DNA from: the human T2T-CHM13v2.0 reference genome, Homo sapiens
Strand: one strand, 5' to 3'
Assembly (NCBI RefSeq): GCF_009914755.1
Contig: NC_060936.1
DNA length: 64,000 bases
Position 1 is the first letter of the stretch. Each line of letters starts with the position of its first letter. The notes under the pieces were generated by a model, which did not search any database, was not told the origin of the DNA, and saw only the letters and a list, made by a program, of their open reading frames with translations. Positions 46,286 to 56,141 of this stretch are shown here, piece after piece. The translations under genes and the position numbers were made by a program.

Positions 46286-47853
46286 TAACTTGAAGACTCA
46301 CAAGTACAATTTGTGGGAAATACAACTCCATTTAGTCTACTGACTTGGGACAAAACTGCCATAAATCAAGACAACTACTAGAAAGTGTACTCAAATCTGC
46401 TCATAAAGCAATTGTCAAGTCTAATCATTTTATGGCTTATGGTCATTTATGGAATCTTCTCAAATAAAGTCCAATTTGTTAGTCATCTTTTCCTTCAAAA
46501 ATTTAGGGATGGCTCAGAACAAGAGGGAAAAGATACAGGGCCTTTCTTGCTAAGCCATAACTACTAAAATAATTAAATCACCCATCTACAACTTCGATAA
46601 TTCAGTTCTCTTACAACCATGCATATCAATGTTACAAAGACCCTAAGATTTAAAAAAAACTTCTGAGAAACAAAAATGTGAATTTCAACACACAGCAACA
46701 CATAGTTGAATATATGGGAACATAGATTTCAAATTGGTGTAACACAATTTGGATATCTGTTGGCTGTAAAGGATGACTTAGTTTTATTATTATAAAGACT
46801 TATGCAAATAAGTTAAACTTATACAAGGCAATCCTCTTTGTATTGCTACACTAACTTGTCATTTTAAGACTTACCACTTAAAGAACATAATTATGAGTTA
46901 TTTTGGGGAGAGCAAATATTCATCTACTTTAGTGAAAACCTAAAGAAATAGTCTCTAAATGTTTCTGATCATGCATCCTATCAACAAAATTTTTAGTGTA
47001 TGTCAAATATATGTATATTTGTTTAGAAAATGTGCCACATGCTTTTGCATGCACACATGAAAATACATACAAAAATATTCTAAAAGAATGACAAAATAAC
47101 TTTGGAGATGACCATCTAGAGAATCACTAAAAGTAAATGTACTCACGGGTGAAGTATCTCCTATTAATGCTACAGTTTGAAATTATACATAGTGTTTGAT
47201 GTAATATTCTCCAAATACAGGGATCCAGTTAACTATAATGGTACTAATGTGATGTTATATGTCTGGCCTACACTTGGTCATTTTTCTACCACCAGGAATG
47301 AGTCACAAATGGCCTTCACAACTTAAAGGTACAAGAAAAGAGGCTATAATCAAGTGGTTTGTAACAAGACACCTTTAAAAATAGTCTCCCTTTAGAAAAT
47401 ACTGAGACATTTGTGCTTTCCATCCACACCTCCCCCAAAACCAGTTCCCATGAAGTTCCACCTGTACTACCACTTTCACCTGCATGTTCACAGAAACAAA
47501 TTGAATGCAGAGTCTCCCTGACGATTCATGAACTGCAGAATCCCCAGAGTAGAGATTCCTAAACTCTGCCAAGAGACTGTGCTGTGCAAACCTCTCGATA
47601 CACAACTATGACCATAGCAAATGAATTTTTATCACCAAACCTTGCAATTCCTTCTCAGTTTAGCTTCCCAGTTTTCATTTTCCCCATCCTTTCCCTTTTT
47701 ATCCAACTCTAGATTCAAATCATTTCACCTTTGAGCATCAGTACTCTCTTCTAAGCATACGTAATTCCCAAAAGAACACTGCATCTTCAATACTAAAATG
47801 ATAAATACCATGAAAAGGCTCATAAATAACAGTCAGAAGTTGAACTACATTTT

Positions 47854-47859
47854 TTTATT
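47854..47859 (-). terminator. BTG1: Candidate distal poly(A) signal AATAAA (long isoform, about 4.6 kb)
   Basis: Plus-strand tttatt; matches my unverified recollection of a roughly 4.6-kb BTG1 reference mRNA. Other AATAAA hexamers lie in between, so the assignment is uncertain. Confidence 0.5.
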
Positions 47860-50689
47860 CCTATCTTGGACATACTGAGCAATACGAAAAGTGATAAGCC
47901 AAGTTAAACCTGCAGTCAAAAAAAAACTGGTGTCAATCATACTCCACAAAGTGTTGAGGAAATGGTATCAATCCTCAGGATTAATACAATCTAAGGCTTA
48001 CTTGTTTAGGAGCATTTCAAAAATATAACACTTAACATCAGAAGAAAATGATCTATAGGGATAAAGAAAATAAAGATCTATAGGCATAACCAGAAATCAG
48101 ATCTCATAATGTACAGATTTCTCTATTTACAGTCCCATATATTAAATGATTTAAGGACTCAGTTAAGCAGCTGGGTCGGCTGGTATTACAAACTATCTTA
48201 CTGTAAAAGATTTTGTGATACTGTTATATTAGTTCCAAATATGAAAATAAACCGGTTATATTTTGATAGCAGCCATATATAAAAGTTCAGTGGCAGAGAC
48301 TGAGAGATAAGTCTAAAATGTTGGCAGTCTGTATACCTTCAGATAAATAAGAAATCTATTCAGTTTTAGACAATCCAAGATATACTTTTTGAAGACTTCC
48401 ATGCATAGATAAAACTATTGACAAATGTTCTCCATATAGCCTATCAAGAGGATTTTATCACATCATTTGAAATAGGGGTGAAAAGGGGAGAGGAAGTATC
48501 TTTAAACTTCAATATGCAAAGTACAACTTCAGTTATCATACCTCTCTTCTGTAAAGAGGAAGAAGAGAGAGTATCAGAAATGTTAAAAGTCACGCAGGGA
48601 GAAGTCCAATAGTAGATTTATTTGCTCCCAAGATTAAAGGGAGCCTGGAAACCTGTAGTCATTAAACACTAGCCATCGGGAATACGGCTTCCTTCCTTTT
48701 AACTTGAAGGCCAATTTCATAAACTGCAACACCTATACAAAACAAAATTAATTACTTGCAATGTGTGAGTTATAATGACTTAAGGAAACTATTTGTGCAA
48801 TGTACCTGAAAGCCACTTTCTGGTGGCCTTTCCAGTCTATTATTATAGAAATATTGCACATAAGGATAAAGACATGAGATTCCCATTCCAGATGACAAAG
48901 ATAACAGCCGCATTATCCTGCATGAACCAGGGTAACTCTTGCTATACAATCCACTTGAAGCCTTGTTTCAACATTACAGAGGGAGGCACTACTTAAATTT
49001 GGAAAAAAGGAAATAATTTCAAAACTACCTGTTAAAACTTAGAAAGTAACACTCCTCAAACTTACTGCCAATCACAACTATGAATTCCTGGTGCCAAAGG
49101 CAACAATAATTTTGAAAGTAGTCATCCTATCTTAAAAGGATTTATAATAAAATATTTCAAAACATTCCCCAGAAACAGTGAACAAGAAATACATCACAAA
49201 CAGCTACTGTACCGCAGATACAGGTTCAGCTCAATTGTCTGGGGAAGGTAAGGTTAAAGTCACAGGAAACAGCTGGTCTCAGAGTGATGTGTGCAAGCCT
49301 TTTTCAAAGACAAACTTATAAACAGCTCCTCACAAGCCAGACATCACCTGAATTCTAAAATAAACATTTTTATTAACTGTTTCCATCATTTTCAAAGATT
49401 GAAAAAGTCTGATGTCAAGATCTTCAAAAACAACTTTCCATTTGAAAAAAGGCTTTATGATAAAAAAAAAAAATGGTTGAGGTACTTAGTTTCAATGGAG
49501 TTACCAGATGAAATGTAGTTGGTAAACAACAGTAGTCAGCACTGGGGTGAGACCCATTTAAAAACAACCCTACCTGGTGTTTTTATTGTAATTCAAGTTT
49601 GAAATACCGAGGAGCTTTTTCACAGAATAGGTTTAAAAATAAAACCATAACAATTGGCAAGGGTAGTCCATGTGTTGCGGGTCTACGAATTCTAACTCTC
49701 GAGAATGGTGTGCCAATAATATCCACAGACATTTGTACTCTAAATACCTGCATATTCAGTGGCCTATTCCTGTGTTGTCTACAAAATCAGAATAATTTAT
49801 TCCTGGGTGTAGAAATAACTTCTTAAAAGTTATTTGAGATTACTAATTTCAAGTAATTACTAATTTTATTTCAGACTGCGTATTTCCAGTGTCAACATGT
49901 TTACATATATACCAAAAAAAGGCCACTATATGTTAACTGTGTAGAGCAAAATTCAATTTTTCCACTTTCAATTTCCACTGAAAAACGCTGTTATCCTCTA
50001 CAACTAAACAGCAAGTCCTTCTATTATATGGGGTAGTGAAGTAATCTACACTACAGCATTATCAAGGTTCACTTAGGTTTTTAGTATTTATCTGAAATAA
50101 AAGTCTGAAAATGAGGAATCGAGAAAGTCAGCATTTCAACTTTTGAGAATAAAAGTTCATAAACATACCTTTTGTTGAATTCCAGCTTATGTGATTTTTA
50201 TGTACATCTTGCAGGTGATGAAAAGCAAAAAGCAACCAATCTCTCTGTGGTGTTTAGCCTGTTCTTTAAGACTATGGGTCACCTGCCCCGGGGAAATTTC
50301 TAATTGAACAAAGAATCCATGGGGCAAAGTAATTGTTTTTCAAAGGTGGGTCAGAATGGAACATTTATATCTTCACTTCAACAGGGAAGCAATGAAATGT
50401 AATCCTTTGAGTATCACATTTTTGGTAGATGCTACCGTGGTCTCTTATCCTTATTTCATGAGATCATTAGCCTGTGAATGTGTCCATGTTTTGACTTTAG
50501 AAATTTTTAAAACATGCTACTCCTGTGTTTCCTGTAAAACCTAAACATGTATATACAGAGCATCTTCATTCCTCATCAAATGTTTTTCCAGCATGACCAG
50601 TGTGCAACAGATATTCAGTTTATAGAACCTGTCTTCTAAGAAAAAATACTTTTAGCTAAACCTCTATAATCATGACAAGAGATTGATTA

Positions 50690-51642
50690 AAATGCCAAGA
50701 TAAGAAACGATTTATTATAGAGAGAAGAAAAATTTCTCATCCAAAATATAGAAATCTGTACAACTTTGCCACAATCAATATACATGAACTGTACAAATTT
50801 ACACCAGTTCATAATTTACCAAATAAAAGATGACTAACAAAGTTCACAAAATAGATGGTGGTTTGTGGAAAAGACTTTTACCCAATTAAGTACAAGGAAA
50901 GTTACAAACCAGACCTCCACTTTCTAAAAATAAGAAGTTTACTCAGTCTTAGAAAACTACAAGCTAGCAAATGTACAGAGAGCTGGCTGGTGCTAACACC
51001 ACAGTTGAGACAGTGTCTTTTTAAGGGTCTTTTTTAAAGCCTGTTGCCATGGCAGATTCTGGTCACTTGCTACTTTCAAGGCCAAAAACACAATACAAGG
51101 TCTGACCATTTCCCCAGGTCATGCTTACTAGTTTGTCTTTATGTACATTTATACATATTTAAGTGCTAGGTAAAAGTCTTGTAAAATTTCCAGTACTACC
51201 ATGTTTAAAACGTTTAACTTTCCTATTAAAAGCTGCCGAAAAGGTTAACAATAACAACTTTCAAGTGTAATAGTGCAAATTCCCCTGCGAGATTTACTGC
51301 AGAGAAAGATTCTTTGAAATACAGATTTTCTTTAAAAGGATTGATGTAAAAATTTAGGTATGTCTGGGAGAAACTGAAACCACCCTAGGACTTCCCTCCC
51401 TAGCAAATAAAGTGATCATTTACTTGGACTCACAGGCTATTAAAATTAATCATTGAAAGGTACTGTCCAAACTATGGCACTGTCACTTAAAATTTTTTTT
51501 TTTTTTTACCATTCTATCTTGTGCCAGATCTTCACAGCTGTGACATGGTTTAAATTCCATAATCCATCCCCAAGAGGAGCCCACCCAAAGCAAAAATCAA
51601 ATTTATCCATCATCATCAGATGATCCATCCACAGACTATATC
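50690..51642 (-). other. BTG1: BTG1 3'UTR, short isoform
   Basis: Repeat-free AU-rich sequence from the stop codon to AATAAA at 50711-50716; implied mRNA about 1.8 kb. Confidence 0.85.
50711..50716 (-). terminator. BTG1: Proximal poly(A) signal AATAAA of BTG1
   Basis: Plus-strand tttatt; several upstream TGTA (CFIm-type) motifs at about 50759-50803 and U-rich downstream sequence. Confidence 0.8.
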
Positions 51643-52010
51643 TTAACCTGATACAGTCATCATATTGTAGTTTTTGGAAGGGCTCGTTCTGCCCAAGAGA
51701 AGTTCCTCCTTACAGCTGATTCGGCTGTCTACCATTTGCACGTTGGTGCTGTTTTGAGTGCTACCTCCTGCTGGTGAGGCTTCATACAGCACACAGATGG
51801 AGCCATCCTCTCCAATTCTGTAGGACACTTCATAGGGGTCAACCCAGAGTGTGAGTTCACTTGGGAGAAGCCTGAACAGCTCCTGACTGCTCAGTCCAAT
51901 CCGCTGTGCTGCCTGTCCAATCAGAGGATCCATTTTATGGTTGATGCGAATACAACGGTAACCCGATCCCTTGCATGGCTTTTCTGGGAACCAGTGATGT
52001 TTATAATGTT
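51643..52010 (-). CDS. BTG1: BTG1 coding exon 2 (BTG/Tob box A, box B, box C, C-terminus)
   Basis: Acceptor TCTTTTTCTTCTATAG|AA at 52011/52010; phase-1 join gives [29 protein letters not shown]...[29 protein letters not shown]...MMTVSG, TAA at 51643-51645. 148+368=516 nt = 171 aa plus stop. Confidence 0.99.
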
Positions 52011-52950
52011 CTATAGAAGAAAAGAAGAACAGAGAAACAACGCTTAGGATCGTTAGCTCCCACTGCGGATTCCTCCTACCCCAGGCTCCTTTGAGGAGCG
52101 AAAATGAAAACTATCAACTTTTTAAAATGTCCAGGATTGCATCCGTTGTTGTGCATGTGCGGGGATGGAAAAAGCGGGCAGGGTTTTAGAAATAACACAG
52201 TAGTACCGGACAAAACAATCTCCAGGAACCAACCGGTTGAGCCGCCAAAACAGGAATCAGGCGCGCAGCCTCGGCCAGTCGGGAAGCCACTGGCACCTAT
52301 GGCCAGGCGAGAAACTGTTTACTTTCTCCACCCCACCCCAGATGCACACAATGGAGTTGATGGCTTTGGAGATGAGAAGCGCCACCGGACTGTTAACCCC
52401 GAAGGGAAGAAAAACAAGCAACCCTAAACCACGCTCTGGGCAGGGCTGTTAATTGTGCCGGTGACAAATCCGATGATTAATGGGCAGGGGCAGGAGGCGC
52501 GGGGAGACGGCACGTCCGTTCTGAGCTGGCTCCGGGGCAGCGGCGCAGCTTCCCACCCCGGGGCTGGGCCGCCGACCACGCAACGGTTGGAGGGGACTGA
52601 GGAAAGGGGACGTCGAACCCACCCCAGCCCCACGGCTCCTTTGTCCCCAAATCCGCCGACGGTCCTCGGACCGCAGCTCCCGCCTCGGTGGGCTTAAGTT
52701 TCTTTGTTGTGCGTGTTGTCTTCTCCTCTCCGTTTTGCCAGCTGGGGGGAAGGGGGCGCCCTCCGTCCAGCCCCTAAAGCCTCGCGGGGAACCGCTGTTA
52801 GCGGCCACCCAGCGCAACCACACCGGTCCCGCGGCGGGGCCCAAGCGCGACCGGCCCCGGGGCGCTGCCGAGGTTCCCGCAGCCCCGACGGCCGGACTCT
52901 GACCCAGGGATGTGGGGCCCGCGTCCCTCCGACGCCCTCGCCCTGCTCAC
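52011..52950 (-). other. BTG1: BTG1 intron 1 (940 nt, GT-AG)
   Basis: Canonical donor GTGAGC and polypyrimidine tract plus TAG acceptor join the two exons in frame. Confidence 0.97.
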
Positions 52951-53098
52951 CTGCCAGCAGCTCCTGCAGGCTCTGGCTGAAGGTCTGCAGCTGTCGCTCG
53001 CTCGTGAGCCCCTTGGTGCGGAGAAACTTGGAGATGAAGGACACGGCGGCGGCGATCTCGCCTATCATGGTGGCGGCCCGGGTGTAGAAGGGATGCAT
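52951..53098 (-). CDS. BTG1: BTG1 coding exon 1 (codons 1-49 plus 1 nt)
   Basis: Translates MHPFYTRAATMIGEIAAAVSFISKFLRTKGLTSERQLQTFSQSLQELLA, the BTG1 N-terminus; ends at donor CAG|GTGAGC (intron starts 52950). Confidence 0.99.
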
Positions 53099-53412
53099 GG
53101 GGGCGGCGTGCGGGGGCGGCCCGGGGCGGCCGGGGCTCGGCGGCGCGGCCCCGACGGCGGAGCAGCCACCCCGGGCTTCCTCACCGGGCGGAAGGCTGAG
53201 AGGAAGAGAGGGCGTGAGGGGCGGACGACTACTTTTGTCTTTCTTTTTTTAGACTAAAAAAGTTATTTTCGAGACAGGAGGCGGCAGGAGAGAGGAAGAG
53301 ACGAGCGATGGCGGCCTGGTCACATCGCTCGGACCTCCCCAGCTGCCTCCGCCTCCAGCTCCGCAGCATTCGAAGACCTCAATAGCTGCATTTCCAGCTC
53401 CGAGAGGCGAAG
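53099..53412 (-). other. BTG1: BTG1 5'UTR (about 310 nt, GC-rich, three upstream ATGs)
   Basis: TSS inferred about 30 nt downstream of TATAAA (53437-53442); exact cap site not determinable from sequence. Confidence 0.8.
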
Positions 53413-53436
53413 AGATGCAAGCGCCGTGCAGCACCC

Positions 53437-53442
53437 TTTATA
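53437..53442 (-). promoter_or_regulatory. BTG1 TATA box
   Basis: Minus strand CTATAAAGGG in GC-rich context, about 340 nt upstream of the ATG. Confidence 0.85.
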
Positions 53443-53625
53443 GTGCCACGAAAAGGAAGTGGCGTAGCTGGAGCGTGATGGCCGACTCCAGCCAATCCGA
53501 ATATCGCACCATTGTGACGCAAGCCGGTTCGGAGCCGAAAGGGGCGGGAAAAGAGTTCAGGAGGCGGGTCCAGAGATAGGGAAGAGAGGGAGGAGCTGAC
53601 GTAATCCGCTTGTAAACAAATAAAC
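53443..53625. promoter_or_regulatory. BTG1 proximal promoter
   Basis: ETS GGAAGT 53455-53460, CCAAT 53492-53496, CRE/CEBP-ATF-like TGACGCAA 53515-53522, GC box GGGGCGGG from 53541, CRE-like TGACGTAA 53597-53604, FOXO element GTAAACAA 53612-53619. Consistent with reported FOXO3/CRE regulation of BTG1. Confidence 0.85.
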
Positions 53626-53649
53626 CCGGAGTGGCGGCTGGAGACCCAG

Positions 53650-53812
53650 TTGCTTGTGTCGAGGGAGGGAGGGAGGGAACAGAGGGTGCGCGTGTGAAAG
53701 CTCCGCCCCCAGCCCTAGCTCCTCCTTCCCGCTTCAGCAGGTCCAGGCTCTGCGCCAGTGCATCCTTCTCCAAGAGTGCGCTGCCTGGGCCCGCTTGCCC
53801 TGGAGTGTAAGT
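53650..53812 (+). ncRNA. Possible first exon of a divergent lncRNA (BTG1-DT-like)
   Basis: CpG island extends about 700 nt upstream of the TATA box; plus-strand donor-like GT|GTAAGT at 53807-53812. A divergent transcript is recalled for this locus but exon structure cannot be confirmed here. Confidence 0.3.
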
Positions 53813-55837
53813 GCTGGGTAAATAAGAACCGCCTGGCGCAGGCTGTGTCTACTCTTCACGCCGCCTTCTCAGATCGGGCTGCATGTCCCCACTCCGTGTT
53901 TACATCTCGTTCCCGCTCCGGGTCTCGGTGACTGGCTCCTCAAGCCGGAGACGCGTGTGGTGCGGCGCGATGCGGGCGCCAGCGCTGTGTGTGCTGGCGG
54001 TGCGCTGCCTTAGTGCGGGGGAAAGTGGAGGGAACGGTCCTGCGGGGCGTTCTGTCCAAGAAAAAGGACTGCAGCCTCGGGGAGCCAGGGTCCCCTCGCA
54101 GACGAGCTGCCAACGCCGCGGAGCCATTTCTGTTCCACCCTAGGGGAGGAGTAGGGGGATATCTTTTAAAAGTTTAATTGCAAAATAAGTAGGTTAGTAA
54201 GGCCATTTGTGGTTGCTGTTTCAGTAACTTCAGCAGTCAACGGAGAGAAGAGTGGAAACCTTACTGGATGCGGACAGGAGAGCCAGTTACTGAAAGCAGA
54301 TATAACGCGGATCCTGTAAAGAGTGGTGTGTATCCAAAAAAAAAAAATCTGTACAATGTATTTTAAAACTTGTGTGCACAAAACTGAAGATTTTCTTTTT
54401 TACCTAGTCCAAATGCCGTCCTAGCCTGAGTCCTGCTCTTTATAAAAATAAAATAAAAAGAATTTGAAGCTTGTGAAAGTATTAAGTGTAGACATTCAAG
54501 TTTATTTGAAACCCTACCAAAAAAAAAAAAAACAACCTTAAAAACCAGTGTAACAGGAAGGCGGGAGCCTGCTAAAACGATTAGGCCTAAGACAGGGTTA
54601 ACCCCAACTCCATTAAGGAGAAGGGGGAAAAGAAAAAAAGAAAGATGAAGGGAGGCAGGCAGATGGAGAAAGCAAACAGGAGGCAGAAGTTGAACTCTAC
54701 CAGATGGAAATAAATATCCCGACCTTAGTTGATCATCAATATTGCAAAACACACCACTTTGAGTGTTTTTTTTTTCTTTTTAATACTGAGCTAAAGGATA
54801 TAGAAATGAAACAAAAATAATGACATTATAAAACAGGAGAAAACGTTTTATTGTTTAAAAAATATGTAAAACTCGATTTGAAAAAATAACTTCTAGATTA
54901 TTTTTTCATTAGTACACATAACTAAGTAGTTACATGTGAAAAAATTAAAGAGTGGTTTTTTTTTTTCTTATAGAACTTTTCAGATAGAACTCTGCTTAAA
55001 AATAGTAATTTCACTGGAGGCATGAAACCTCTTTTACTACTCAAAAAGAAGATCGAGAAGCAAAAGTAAATTCATGAAATTACCATAACACTAGAATAAC
55101 AACTCCTGGTCTCCCACCTAACCTGACCCACCCTTAGTTCCCTGCTTTCACTTACATTGTCGTTAATGTGTCACTGAGTACAAATTAGGAGTCAAGTGAA
55201 AGTTTTTCTCTTCTAAACCTGGTCTCCAACTTGGCCTCTCGGTCATGTGCTTAAATTGTCTCATCTAAAAAACAGAAATATTAAATCAACAAAATGCTAG
55301 GATTGGACTCAGACTTCCCCCAAGCCCTTGTTCTCCATACTATTTTTAACTGCCTGCACTAGCAGCAGCAGGACCCCTTCTGAAAGCCTTATAAAACCAG
55401 TTGAACAGGGTTAACAGAAAGTTTAACCCATAGACTCAGGGAGAGTTACTTCCCGCACTGAGTTTTTCAAATTATATATGTGTGTTTCCCACCTTAAATC
55501 ATCCCATTAGGAGACAAACTGATTTGAGAAACTACAGTAATTTTTAACTTGGGAATCTACAGAGTACTCAGAAAAAAACTGGAAATAAACATTAGTCTTA
55601 AACGTAAGCCTTAGATGGTACATAATGTTCATTGCTAATAGTTTTCAATTCCTGACATATATATGTTTAGTCACATTTTCTGGAAGTTTAGTCAGGCCCT
55701 TCCCATCTGGGAAACAAGCAGGTATTTCTGGACAGCTTTTGAATTACAAAGGTGCTTTCTGTGTTGTTGTGCTAAGTTTACCAAGGCTCTCCCAAGTACT
55801 TTATTATTATCATGCAATTTGATAGTAATTTATGAAA

Positions 55838-56141
<304 letters not shown>

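Larger units (their letters stand above)
52230..54130. promoter_or_regulatory. CpG island covering promoter, exon 1 and most of the intron
   Basis: High GC and dense CpG against an AT-rich, CpG-depleted background; edges approximate. Confidence 0.92.

Noticed and set aside
51902-51908. Second RSS-like heptamer CACAGCG (minus strand) in exon 2
   Set aside because: No nonamer-like sequence at 12- or 23-nt spacing.
51643-51933. 96-aa ORF as a separate gene
   Set aside because: It is the part of BTG1 exon 2 from internal Met76 onward.
52694-53098. 134-aa ORF starting at the BTG1 ATG
   Set aside because: It is exon 1 read through into the intron. Only the first 49 codons are BTG1, and nothing supports a real intron-retained protein.
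52104-54177. Many 60-131 aa ORFs on both strands across the CpG island
   Set aside because: Expected from stop-codon scarcity in GC-rich DNA and antisense shadows of the CDS; no recognisable domains.
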